DNA from: Azolla caroliniana
Taxonomy: Eukaryota; Plantae; Polypodiophyta
Direction of reading: 5' to 3'
Length of the DNA: 64,000 bases
NCBI GenBank assembly: GCA_043228905.1
Contig: JBHGNT010000005.1
Location: 3,162,001-3,226,000 of the forward strand
The notes below the pieces were generated by a model that saw only the letters and a program-made list of their open reading frames with translations, did not search any database and was not told where the DNA came from. Position 1 is the first letter of the stretch. The number at the start of each line of letters is the position of its first letter. Position numbers and translations under genes: made by a program. Below, piece by piece: positions 51,560-64,000 of the stretch.

Positions 51560-54250
51560 GGATATGATCGACTCATGAACTTGACATAATACCTTAACTT
51601 TATCGAAGGCAAAGTTAGCAACTTAGGGTCAACTACATAGACCACAAAAATATCCCCTAGACTAAGGGGTTTTGAGGTGGACCTTTCTCTTTAAATTTAT
51701 AAACACAACACTATTGTTAGATATTAAAGCCCTAACGAAGAAATAGAGGTCGTGGTAAATCAATTACAGAATGCCCCTACATCAAAAGAGATGCTCCAAG
51801 AAATCAAAGGAATATTCACTCAGGGTGAGAATATATGCAAAATTTTCATTAATAAATTGGCATTACTATAACGCCACTTAACGATGTTAGAGAAAACCCA
51901 ACCAATGCCAAACATCTAGATCAACATTTGAAGTTTTACTAGGAAAACAATAAACACACAAACCCCAAAAGCCAACTATCTCATGATTTGTTATAAAAAG
52001 GTTAAACATGTAACACAACTCCACTTTTCATCATTTGAAGAGTGACAATGCCCACCACTAACTTGGGAGTAGCACCCCTATCCATAAAACTACTACTCTC
52101 CTTAATAGAAAGGGGACAACATGTAGTTCGCCTTGCTAAAATAGTTGAAAGTTTTTCCAAATTAGCAAACTAGTCCAAATGTTTATTGGATATCGATAAA
52201 TGCTTATAACCACGTGAAGTGCTTGAAGAAAATCCTTTAGGCATTCGAGCCCATTGCACACATCATGTGTGTTGGAACCTTTAGGTTGACTTTAAATGAA
52301 CAAGAGAACGTTTGGTTTTCAAACTATCCCAAATGAAACGTTACATGATTTCACACACATAAGAGTTTGTCACAAACTGCACAATATGAAGTATGACGTG
52401 GAATGCAATAGATTGATTGTTCTTGATTCACCATTGAGAAGCTAAAGAGATGTTCTAAGATTATATTAGGTGCACAAAAGGCCTACTTCATAAACCTAAA
52501 ATGGGAGATAAAATTATACACAATAAACTTATGAACTGATTTGTTCATGGTTGTATGATTCAACCCTAAATTTCCTCATAGGCACAATGTATGCATGATT
52601 GTTTGAAGCGTGTTTAGTGTTCATGACCATGGAAGACTCAAGTATAGGGCTACAAACACCTCTCACGATGGCTATAAACCCAAATGGTCCAATGTTGTAT
52701 CCCTCCACTTGAACCACCCCAAAGAAGGACAAAAAACCTATTGCATACACCATGTGGGAGAATATAAAGTATTTCACATGCTAAGGGCATTACACAACAC
52801 AAATACCCATATGTTCATAATGTAGGTAAAACTATTGCAAATGGCGTAATACTTTTGCCATGCACAACCTAGGCAATTGTTGAGAACAACAAGCTAGGAT
52901 ATTTGAGCAAGGGCCTTTTGTAGAACAACCATGACACAAATGCATGTATGTCACTTAGTAGGTAAAAATATTGCAAATTATATAAGACATTTTACATGCA
53001 CAACAGATGCAATTGTTGAAAACCACCAACTAATATGTTTGAGCAAGGAATTTGTGCAAAACATCCTCAATCACACCTTTCTAGCACATTGGAAATTTTG
53101 CCACAATAATCATCATGCATTAGGATGTTAGTGTCATACAGTTGGAGTATGACCTAAGGTAGAAATTCATGTTGGGGGAGTCACCAATTGTTGAAAACCA
53201 CCAACTAATATATTTGAGCAAGGAATTTGTGCAAAACATCCTCAATCACACCTTTCTAGCACATTGGAAATTTTGCCACAATAATCATCATGCATTAGGA
53301 TGTTAGTGTCATACAGTTGGAGTATGACCTAAGGTAGAAATTCATGTTGGGGGAGTCACCAATTGTACGCACAGGACATACATGCTTACCTCGACCAAGG
53401 GTAGTCAAAAATATTGTCGTACCTGAAGTATATGAAGTACCGCACAAAGAGAAATGAGTCTATACCCATGAGGATCCCTATATGGATGGGCATCAAATGT
53501 GACAACTATAAGGGTTATCACATGCTGAGAAACTACCCTACGAAAAATGAGTATTGTAATTTAAATGCTACGCACAGGACATACATGCTTACTTCGACCA
53601 AGGGTAGTCAAAAGTATTGTCACACCTTAAGCATATGACGTACCGCACAAAGAGAAATGAGTCTATACCCATGAGGATCCCTATATGGATGGGCATCAAA
53701 TGTGACAACTATAAGGGTTATCACATGGTGAGAGACTACCCTACAAAAAATGAGTATTGTAATTTAAATGCTACCAAAGTTATGCTCAAAATGTTACGAG
53801 AAATAATATCATGTCTTTTGGTTTTTAACGACCCTATAGGGCTTAATATTTTCAGTCTAGAATATGGTCATATTGTAATTTGTGGGGAATTACCCTATAT
53901 TAGGTGCAATTAGTTAATGTTCAATGGGCCCTTCAGGATTTCCAACTTGTATAAAAGAGCAAGAGCTCTTATGTAAATAGGGACTTTGGGTGCCAAAACT
54001 TTGGGGTCACCTTTTGATTCACAAACTCTCTCTTTCGCATTCACTAAGAGTAACGTTCCTCCATGTCGCTTTTTGCACAAACTAATTTTTACTTAGTCAT
54101 TGTCTATTTAATTGAGATACTCCATTCTTTCATCATTCAGTTATTATTTATTTAACTAATGCAAACATATTTCTTAATTAGTGTAGAGATGATGTGTGTG
54201 TTAATGTTAGTTCAATTTAATAAGCCTTTGAGGCTTCCACAATTGAATGC
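51560..54250 (+). mobile_element. Highly decayed LTR-retrotransposon-like remnant (gag zinc knuckle)
   Basis: Degenerate knuckle KCDNYKGYHM(L/V)R(N/D)YP (duplicated), followed by TATAAAA-containing LTR-like sequence near 53950. No intact ORF; boundaries uncertain. Confidence 0.4.
53010..53772. repeat. Two abutting tandem duplications (175 bp x2, then 203 bp x2)
   Basis: CAATTGTTGAAAACCACC at 53010 and 53185; TACGCACAGGACATAC at 53366 and 53569; few mismatches. Confidence 0.95.
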
Positions 54251-55140
54251 AATCGAGAAATGTTAATTTCTGTTGAAGTATGATATGGTCTTTATCATTA
54301 GGGAGTGATGCCCCCAATCTCTCACTTAGCCTACCATGAGGAGGCTATTGGAGACTAAGACCGTCAATATGCGGAAACAAGGATCAACACCTTTGTGAAG
54401 CACAACAAGATGAACAGAAGACAAGATCAATTGACAAAGTGAGAGGGAGAGAGAGAGAGAGACTCAGAGGCACACAATATACAACTTGTATTATTCAAAA
54501 TGGAAACCATAACAATGAACAACCTTAACATCTAGGTTACAAGAGTTAGTTTAAATACCAACTGACTTAGGGCGACTGCCCTTTCCACTATTTACATAAA
54601 TAACCTAAAATCTAGTATGTCCAAATGGGACAATGTGAATACATCCATTAAGTACCCGTATTCGACAGAGGCTAACCGCTCTCGACTCAATAGTGACTCT
54701 TCAAAATGCAACATTTCATGTATGAGTCATTTTAGCCTCTTTGAGGAATCTTGATTCGCCAAGGAAGTGCCTCATTATTAAACAAGCCAACCACATCTAT
54801 TTATCAATAGATATAAGGTTTAATAGCTTGATTCCAAGGAGAAGGTACTTTGTTGAGGCTATGGTGGGAACACCTTGTCCCAAATTTCCCCATGTCGTTT
54901 CTAGGTGTCTTGCACCAATTGCACATCCTTCTCTTTGTAGAGTTCTATCTCCTTATTAAGGTTGTTTGTGGAGTTGGACCTTTGTTTATCCTTTTGTTGG
55001 CAAAAGAGGCACCAATGGGTGTAAAGTAGTCTAAAGATAATATTAAACTTAGACAACTTGTTTCTCTCCTCTATTAAATAATTATCTTAACTAAGGAATT
55101 ACGTAATGTCACAATGTGGTTTACTTCACTTTTTTGGGGA

Positions 55141-56520
55141 AATTAGAATTAGAATTAGTATTTTTATCGTCTATAAAGAGGCCAATTTTGGGACTAGAGT
55201 ATATATGTGTTCTTGATATGTGTCTTCTTCCTAAAAAGGGGTATTTATACATTGAAGCACAAAATCTCTATGTGTGAATAAAGCATACACATATGAGCAC
55301 AACCTTCTCGGTGGTGTCTTAAGTATGGCACTTAAGTTATCACTCCCTCTTAGTATGTCAATATATCTTGAATGAATTGCACTATATGTCGAGCATGTGA
55401 AGAGCAAGTGACATTCATCCTCTACCATGCCTTCATTGCATACTTTGCATGTCTTCAAATTCGTTACATTTTGATACCATGATGCAACTTCAATACCTAA
55501 CTTGTGAGATCGACTGCGAAGTAGTGTAAGGCTCTACGAGCATTACTACTCATATTGGTAATGAGATAAGGTTGGATACGATCAATAGGCATTCTTGCTT
55601 TATATTGAAACCAACATTCAGGGTTGACATTTGCAATGTAGTATTCTAGTTGTCCTCTTAGCGTCTTCCCGCTTCATCCTTAATTATTCCACCAACCTTT
55701 CCTCAATCATTACATACTGCATAGCATTGCCCGAAAGCTCTAAAAGATCATCCACACCCCATCGTCTAAACCATTTCCTTAACAACCCAACCGGATGAGA
55801 GAATCTTACTTTTATGATTCTTTTGTAGCTTACATCCAACATTCCAAGCAAGATATGGTAATCGATGATTCGACATATTCTTGACTTTTGTAATGTATTA
55901 TATACTCTTTGGAGTGCCAATAGTTCTATGGGCCAAACACCTATTTCCAAGACCATAACCTCGTAAGAGGTACTGCATTTAACTCCTAATTGCCTCCTTA
56001 AAAACATCTTTTGAATTTTTTATAATACCAAGGTGTATCTTTTTGTCAAAAAAAGAAGAAAAAAACATCTTTTGAATTTTCTCAATATCATTCCATGCAT
56101 TACGAGAGATGGTACCACCCCGTACTTCTACTTCATAAAGCAATACTTGAGTTACCATGGCATTGAACAACATTAGTTTTACTTCCCATCCACAAGTATC
56201 ACTTTGGTTGCAGTGGTTCTCCAAAAGGTAATACGATTTCCAACCAACTTGAAGCCTAAAATCAAAGCATGCACCCCATTTATTTGTGGCGGGTACATCA
56301 AAACCAAGATATTTAAAGATTTGAACAAATTGTATATGTTCACCTCTATATGTGAGCATAGGGTAATGATGAGGTTGGATGGTTTGCACTACCATCATTT
56401 TTGTTTTCTCCACATTCACTACTAGTCCACTACTATGGCAAAATTCTTCTAATACCCCAATTAAATTTTGCATACTATCAACATCATAGGGAGAGAATAA
56501 AGTGGGGATATGCTCCACTA
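55141..56520 (-). mobile_element. 5'-truncated, decayed RTE/RTEX-like non-LTR retrotransposon
   Basis: Late RT motifs LEEFC..SGLVVNVEKTKMM and FKYLG; C-terminal SHKLGIE and CKVC...VEDECHLLFTC..Y; short tandem-repeat tail (CTAATT)x3 at 55141-55158. Confidence 0.8.
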
Positions 56521-57129
56521 AGGTGGCTTTTTTAACCCCCCATTATGGAAGGATCCCGATTTTAGATGTGTAAATGAACTTTCTAATTGCTATTTGACAT
56601 GTTGATTGATTTGGGTATGCTGGTTATGTTTTCATGTATGAGTTCTTTGTGGCCTTTGGGCATATTTCCATTGATACCAAGGTGAATCTTTAAAAAAAAA
56701 AAGTGGTTTGATCATTCTACTCGATGGTTTAAATAACATACAAAGCACACAACACAATCACATACTCAATTACCTATCATAAGCAAATATAAAAATATTA
56801 GTGTAAGACCTAGAGTTAAATGCTTGGCATTAATCTCATGAAAAATGAGAGAAGAGGGGTTCATCAAGTTGAGGAGAGAGGAGGGTTTGATGAGAGGTGG
56901 ATGTCATTGTGTGTGGGATGGAGAGAAGGATGTGAAATGTGTTCTTGTTGGGAGGGCAATTTGGTAGAAAATCTGATGGTTTATTTGGAAGGGGGAACAA
57001 GGTAACGAGGGAGGTAGTTGCGCCAAAGATAGAGGTGATGCAAATATAATGGAGTAAGACAAGGTGTAAGTGAGTTGTTGAGTAGGCAATGGAGCACATT
57101 GATTTCATTGAATATTTGAGGGGAGGCAA

Positions 57130-57290
57130 CTAGAAGTTTTGTATGAGCTTGGTGATCTCAAGAAACTCCGTCAAGTTAGAGGTAGAGCAAGACAACTTGG
57201 TATATACTTAAAACCCAAACGAAGCTCTATGTTAATGTGATGCAAAAACAATGGGGCAAAATCTTCTTGTTGGCATGTATGTTGAATGTT
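57130..57290 (+). mobile_element. Possible Copia RT fragment
   Basis: Degenerate translation NLLVGMYV (cf. L.VGVYVDD), preceded by a weak LYGLKQ-like stretch. Confidence 0.3.
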
Positions 57291-59746
57291 AAACCTTAAG
57301 CTACAGTATTTTGGCATGGCAAAGACCACATGCCATGGTTGTGAGCAGCCAAATTTGATCTGAGCAAGCGGTGGAAGAAAGTCTTATAAGGTCAATCTTA
57401 GACAATCTTTTATCACATTACGCTAAAGAATAATGCAAAAACAATGCCCTTTACTATTAATATATAAACTACTCATTCTTGCCATTATGATCTAACAATA
57501 TACTTTTTACCATTTTGAGAGCTTGTTTCAATATAATATGATCATGCACTGATCAAAAGTTTGTTTTATAATCATTTCAAACCTTTGGGTTGTGGAAAAT
57601 GGAGGTCACTTTAACTTTTGGGCAATGAAAAGCCAAAAGGGAAAACAACATATACATGTTTTCAATCCTAAATACATGGAGATACATCAAGGTTAGGTCC
57701 TAGGAAATTAGGTGTAGTCAAGGTAAACTATATAATTATTGTAGTACTACAAACATGATTTTCCGTTTTAAGTTCAGCTACACTAAAGTGCATTAAACCA
57801 CCAATACAATGAAAAGAGAAACGAAACAAAAGAATAATAAACAAGTATGTTCATCCTAAAGTACAATATGAAATCATGGCCTCCAATATCACTTACAAAC
57901 TTAAAATATATATGGACCTCCACCAACCAACAACACACTTTTCGAGTATTTGAATCTTAAAATCGTGGGTACATGTCGTAAGACAGTATGCTTTCATTAT
58001 AAATGTTCACCATGCTTTAGTATGAGATCATGCATAGTAAAAACCTGATGCTTAAAGTAGCATTGATATAGATATACTCGTTCTTATACTTTAGGAAATG
58101 ACCCTCGACAGAAACACAATTCGGCCTTTAAAGTTTTTGTACTTTAGGAACGTACCTTCTACCTCATGCATTACTCAATTAATAAAGCACCATCAACTCA
58201 ACTAATCTTCACCTTGTGATAAGACTTAAATAGCTCCTAATCACTTTCGATACCTTTAATTCTTTTCAATCACTCACCAATTGGCTATTACTAGTTATAA
58301 TGTGTGCTTACTAAGATCATACATATTTGTTTTGTACTTCATTGATACACCTCATGATTCATGTCGCTACATTGATATTATTGTATTGGCAAGTCATCCA
58401 CTTTGGCACATAAATAGGGTGCCTTTTATAGCTAACAAATATCGATGGAGAACAAGTGGAAAAACGATTTATTAATGAGAGACAATACCATAAGGGATAC
58501 AAGTTACAAACACTTGTATCCAAGTTTCTAGTATTGTCTACCCAAAGATAATACTATTGTACTATTTCCGAGTTGGTTAACCCTTGTTATAAACACAAAC
58601 TCTAAGATATCTATTCAACCAAGTAATAGCAAAAGAAAAGATGAAACAAGATATTGATTGATGCGCCAAGGTACAAATAGTCTTCCCAAAAGAGAAAAAC
58701 AAGTATGATGTCAATGACCTTCAAAATCATTTCAATCAAGTGATACATATGTTCTCTTATTACTTTTTATGTGTGACGTTTAAAAATATTTACTCTCCTT
58801 AACATTTCCCTTATGACATAGAAATTAGTTATGCTTCCAATGTTGTTTGAGGAGAGACAAATTTCAAATAATGCTAAGTACTTTTTCTTCTATATACATA
58901 TGTACAATAGCAAAACCAATCATACAACCACATGAATTGACTGTTCATACCAGTTACAACCCTAAAGGTTCTTAATACTTTATGACTTCTTTGTGATACT
59001 TTTTGAAATATTTATGAACTTTTCAGTACCCCAACAATTAAAGCTTCAAACCAACCAAACTTGAACATTCAACCTAAAAGTTGTTTATGCTTTACAATAA
59101 TTTTTTGTTTCTTTCAACTTTGGAGCATAAAATTTCAAGAAACAATGATATAGCTTTTGATTCGAACAAAGCACATCTAAGCTACCGTCAGCCGTTCAAG
59201 TAGAGACATAAACGTATTACATCAAACTCATTCAAAGAAGAAAAAGAAAATGTCTTACATCAAACCCATTCACAGGAATAAAATAACATTTAGAATATGA
59301 TGAAATGGGATGACTTTAGAAAGCCATTCCTTGGGACCAGACTTTGCATTCGACAGGTGGTACCCAAACGAATCGCAGAGGGGCACACTGATGCCGAGCA
59401 GCACGATGGTGAAACGAGCAACACATGAGATGGGACGGAGTTTCAAGCGCACAAGGATAGACAAAAAACATCAAAGTGACACACAAGAGACTCAAGAAAC
59501 ACTTCGAACAACTTAAAGATTCAGGAAAGTTCGTGTTTTTCGTGATCGAGAAAGCATTGCGGCTACCCGAGAAGAGACCCAATGCAAAGAAGAGCAACAG
59601 AACACACTGAAATAAAAAGAAACAGAGTAATCATAATAATAATAACAATGAGAGAGAAGATGTAGATATGCTGGTTAATAATCACAATGAGCAAATAATG
59701 ATTCAAACTAATGTTAATAGCTAGATATTTAGTGTTTGGAGGTCGT

Positions 59747-61482
59747 TCAGGAAGACACAAGGGCAGCAGCGGCTGCTGCTCTTCCACGCATGTCCTCCAA
59801 AAATACACCATAGTTCCTTGACGATGATCCTGACGCCCCATCCGCACCAGTAGCAGCCATGGCTGACCTCCTCACATCTTCACATCTCCGCCTCACCTCC
59901 GTGTCTTCCCTCATCACCTCCCTCACTAACCTCGCCACCTCCCCTGCCCTCGCCCCCTCCTCTATCCTCACACCCACCTTCCACACCTCCGCCACGTAGT
60001 GCGCGTTCATCCTCTGCTCCGCAAACCCACCCGCCCTCGCCAATATCGGGACTCCCGCGGTAATACTCTCCAAGATAGAATTCCACCCGCAGTGCGAAAG
60101 GAAAGCCCCCACCGAAGGGTGGTTTAGTGCCTCCAGCTGTGGTGCCCATGGGACCACACGGCAGTGTTGGAGTAATTCGGGTGAGGTGGTCTCCGGGTTC
60201 AGCTCAGCACGGAGGGCTGTGAGCGGAGCACCACCCTGGTCCGGCCGGACTGCCCACAGGAATGGCACACCGCTGTCTTTTATGCCCTCGATTAGGTTGG
60301 CAAGCTCGCCCTCTGACACGTTTGCAAGGCTGCCATATGCTATGTAAAGTACAGAGCCTGGCGGATGGGTGGATAACCAGCTGTTGCAGAAGCAGTCCTC
60401 AGTCCATAGGCTAGGGGTTGCGCCTGATAGGCTGCTTGCCAACCCATCACCATTGGATGATGATGATGATGATGATCGGAGGATGGCATCTGGCAAGAGA
60501 GGGCCGATGGGGAGATAATTTGGTACCTCTGCCTTGAAAGCGGCAGAGGCATCCGGGTCAATCTCCGTCCATGTGTTCCCTAGGTTCCACACCGCCTCCA
60601 GGGGGCGGCGCATACAGAGGCGCAGGTGCCATTGGAAGAGGAAACCCGTGGTTTCTTCCACTAGGAAAAAGGAGATATAATCTTGGAGCTTCATGGGTGC
60701 GATCCCAGGGATGCAGGTGATCACCTCGGAGGCCTTGGCAGGATCTGGAATTCAGCACATGGGACAAGCACATAAAGAGGAGGCACAGGGCAGCATATAT
60801 ATACATATATATATATATATATATCAATCAAGCACATACATAAGGCTTGAATGAAAGTCCAGACACAAATGCTAGTTAGAGGATGTGAGGATGGATGGGC
60901 CTTACCACGGAGGGGTGAATAGCCGTGGTCCATGAGAAGAGACTGAAAGTGGTAGGCCAAGCTGGCGTGGGTTGGCGTCGTCCACAGCGCCACGCGGGGC
61001 ACGCCCAATTGGTCCGCCACGTCCTGCATCCAGGAGCAGAAGGAGTCGGCGATGATGCACGTGACAGGCGGCGGCATGACAGCTGAGCCGTTGGCCGGCT
61101 CAGCCTGCGCCTGTGCCTGGGTTTTGATGAGCTTGGCCACAGGGCCAGGCAACGCCAGGATGGCGGCTGTTATCTCGATGAGGTTCTCGTTGAAACGGCC
61201 ATGGTGTGGGGGGAGGCCGTCGGGGACGTGGAGGAAGCGGAGGTTGGGGGTTTGGAGGAGGGATTGGTTGTGGCCGGCGGCAAACATTCGGCTGTGGTTG
61301 TGCTCTATGTTGATGAAAGTGACGAAGAAGCCGTCGGAGAGGAGCTTTCTGGCGAGGTGCATCATGGGGTTGATGTGGCCCTGTGCGGGGTAGGGGAAGA
61401 GAACGGCATGGGGTTGAGCAATGGCAGCAGGAGTCACGTGATGGGCATGGACATCGCCGGAGGATCCTTCTTGGCCGCCCAT
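59747..61482 (-). CDS. UGT: Family-1 UDP-glycosyltransferase (UGT85/86-like), 2 exons, ~524 aa
   Basis: Exons: 61482-60906 and 60744-59747 (1575 nt). PHAVLFPYPAQGHINPM (catalytic His), CIIADSF (Asp), SVLYIAYGS, FLWAVRPD, PSPG box WAPQLEALNHPSVGAFLSHCGWNSILES...FAEQ, GSSSRN. Markedly more GC-rich than its neighbours. Confidence 0.96.
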
Positions 61483-62076
61483 CTCTTCTTCTATCTCCGA
61501 AATCCCCACCTATAGATGATGGATGGGCGGGCACTTCGAAGAGTGGTTCTTTCCTTTACATGAAGGAGCTAGCTAGACAGATAGAGATACATAGATTAGA
61601 CTATGGGGAGGATGGAGCCAAAAAAGTAAGCAAAAAGGAGTAAAAGGAAGAGCGCTTTTTGGCGGGTCGGAGATATGGTTAATAAATATATGTACATAAA
61701 TATAGCTGGGCTGGCTTTTGGGTGTAAACATATAGATATTGATGGCCAGATAGATGTGAATATGTATATATTTTCTCTTCACACGTGCTTACCGGTATTT
61801 TTGGGGGATCGGGTCTGCGATCATTATGGTCCACATAAACCTCCCATGTTATTCTCTCTCTCTCTCTGTTTCTCTCTCTCTCTCTCTCTCTCTATTTTCG
61901 CATTTCCTGTCAGTCTGGTCAATTTGCGCATACAAAAACCCCATATGCTTTGATTGCCCTAACTTTAACTTTCTTTTTGCCCATCCCCGTGTCCAACTTG
62001 GGCCCTCTTCCCCTCCCCTTCATTTTCGCACATGTTCTTTCTTGTAGCACGCTTCATTTGAAAACATACAAGTTAC

Positions 62077-62665
62077 AAGAAGAATTATGTATGAAATGAG
62101 AGTTAAGTCCTCTTAGAAAAGAAGAATTATGTATGAAATGAGAGTTAAGTCCTCTTAGAAAACAATGATCTTTGGTGATGTCATGACATAGTATGAAGCA
62201 TACGTACCATTTGTGTGTTCCCATTCGCGAACATTCTTATCATTCTCGTAAGAAAAATACCCTCGAAGTATGATAAATACCATACTTTGGCACTCATTAT
62301 TTATTATACGGTAAACTTTTTTTTGGGTAAGAAAGTTAAGGTACAAAGTGTTAAAAAAAACGAGAATGTTTTAATAACATGCTCATTCGTTTGCATACGT
62401 ATGAAAACGAATGTTTGGGCTAACGAACACGAATATTACGTACTATGCATGACACTATGTTTGAGTTTAAAAAGAAAAGGATCATTTAGCTAATCAACCA
62501 CTACGGTTTAGCGTACTACCATAATAACCGTCATTTATGTACATCTTAGAAACCAATGATATTTGGTGATGTCATGACACACTATGGTTGAGTTTAAAAA
62601 GAAAGGGATCATTTAGCTAATCAACCACTATGGTTTAGCTTACTGCCATAATAACCGACATTTAC
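62077..62665. repeat. Mosaic of short tandem and dispersed duplications upstream of the UGT
   Basis: ~42-bp unit AAGAAGAATTATGTATGAAATGAGAGTTAAGTCCTCTTAGAA x2; ~90-bp unit CATGACACTATG..TTGAGTTTAAAAAGAAA.GGATCATTTAGC... at ~62448 and ~62573; TTAGAAA.CAATGAT.TTTGGTGATGTCATGACA at ~62155 and ~62546. Confidence 0.85.
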
Positions 62666-63489
62666 TAACACCTTCACATCTCTCTAATTCTCATGCCTGA
62701 AAAGAAACTAGCAAAAACAATAGCTAGTTTTCACGAAAATATTTGATACACCAAATATTATTCTTTCATCAATCCTATGGCCTTATCAATAATACTCAAT
62801 ATTTGAAATTTCAAAATTGTTCTCATTTATTTTTATTATCGCATCTATACAATGATGTTTCTTATATAGTATGTTCACAATACGCCCAGAGCAAGTTAAA
62901 TTTGTAGTTATGTACACATATCCTATTTTGACCATAATTTGTAAAAGCGGTGTTAGAAGTACATATGGTTGACAACCCTAGCTGGAAATGGTGTCTAGTA
63001 GAAAAGAAGAAAACAAGCCAAAAAGTTCTTAAATAATTCGTAGCTCATTCAACTTTTTGCCATTTGGTGGTTTGAAAATGTAATATTATGCCATTACTTC
63101 GTCTTGGATTTGCCAACCCTTACTGTTTCTTGGTTGCTGCACTGCATTGTTACAACAATGCAAACATACATGTAATATTATGATTTTCTTTATATGGATT
63201 CCCTAGTTCTTTTGTACAACGTAGCATTTGATATTTACCTACATGGATGGACCACCTCCTTTCATTTCTTGGGAAGGGAAGCTGAATCTGAGCCATGTGC
63301 AGTCCTCATCAGCACACCAAGCAGGTCTGGGAATATGATGATCAAGGCCAATACAAGTCCCTAAAAAGCAGTTAGACAGCATGAACAGAATGGAGTTACA
63401 AGAAACATAAGGCCACACAGCCTATGGTTGGAACAAAGATGAGTTGTTCACATAACAGGCTAGAATAACAAATTTATACAACGTGGAGA

Positions 63490-64000
63490 TTGATGGAGTT
63501 TCACTCAGACAAAAATCAGAAATCGAACTTAGACCCAAAAAGAAAATGAAGAACACACAATTTACGTGGAAAACCCTGATTTCAGGGAAAAACCACGGGA
63601 ATAGGAAATTTCACTATGAGTAATTACGGAATACAATCACAGAACAATAAAACCTGATTTGGTATGGGAGTGTGCTGAAACCACGATTTCAGCCGAGCGC
63701 ATCCAAACCCTAGCACATAGACGTCTATTCCTTTTGAAGCTTCCCAAGCTTCTCTGTCTTTCACTCTCTATTTCTCTTTTGATTCTCTCTTCTTTTCTTC
63801 TCTCTTAGCTTCTGAGTACGTATACTCTTACACAGCCACTACTGTGTAGAAAACTCAGTCGTTCTCAGAGTTACGCATACAATACAACTCGTTTTTCCCT
63901 CATACATATATACTGCCAGGCCTGTTGGCATATATATGCTAGGTCATTTCTTCTTTATATGGAAGAAGGCATATGTATATGTATATGTGTCCATTTGATT
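63490..64000 (-). mobile_element. Copia-type LTR, partial (runs off the window)
   Basis: TTTACGTGGAAAACCC...GGGAAAAACCACGGG motif typical of Tnt1/Tork-like LTRs, followed by a CT-rich tract and a TATATA signal. Confidence 0.6.

Noticed and set aside
1502-61482. Idea that the eight genes form a functional (biosynthetic or cell-wall) cluster
   Set aside because: Their functions are unrelated (ER chaperone, kinase, sulfur transfer, plastid splicing, pectin synthesis, lipid binding, small-molecule glycosylation), and no scaffold-forming enzyme is present.
61052-61643. Long alternative-frame and antisense ORFs over the UGT
   Set aside because: Expected by-product of high GC content in the real UGT exon.

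Overview
Gene-dense nuclear DNA from a land plant. Intron sizes, gene density and protein divergence suggest a seed-free vascular plant such as a compact-genome fern; this is inference only. Eight intact spliced genes were rebuilt by hand, each with a total CDS length divisible by three: calreticulin (+), an RLCK-VII/PBL-type kinase (+), a two-domain 3-mercaptopyruvate sulfurtransferase (-), a CASP-like membrane protein (-), a CAF1-like CRM-domain chloroplast splicing factor (-), an RG-II xylosyltransferase RGXT/MGP4 (+), an ACBP4-type acyl-CoA-binding kelch protein (-) and a family-1 UDP-glycosyltransferase (-). Between them lie decayed retroelements (an L1-type LINE, an oppositely oriented LINE 3' piece, an RTE/RTEX-like LINE, Copia and other LTR remnants, a solo LTR with a target-site duplication), microsatellites and many short tandem duplications. 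The most notable oddity is the sulfurtransferase: it starts with a secretory-type signal peptide and has three N-glycosylation sequons, whereas known plant homologues are mitochondrial or cytosolic. Also notable are a CAF1 roughly doubled in size by a repeat-containing N-terminal extension, a non-canonical PSPG box in the UGT, a stop-free in-frame GC-AG intron in calreticulin, and decayed tandem arrays in several first introns.
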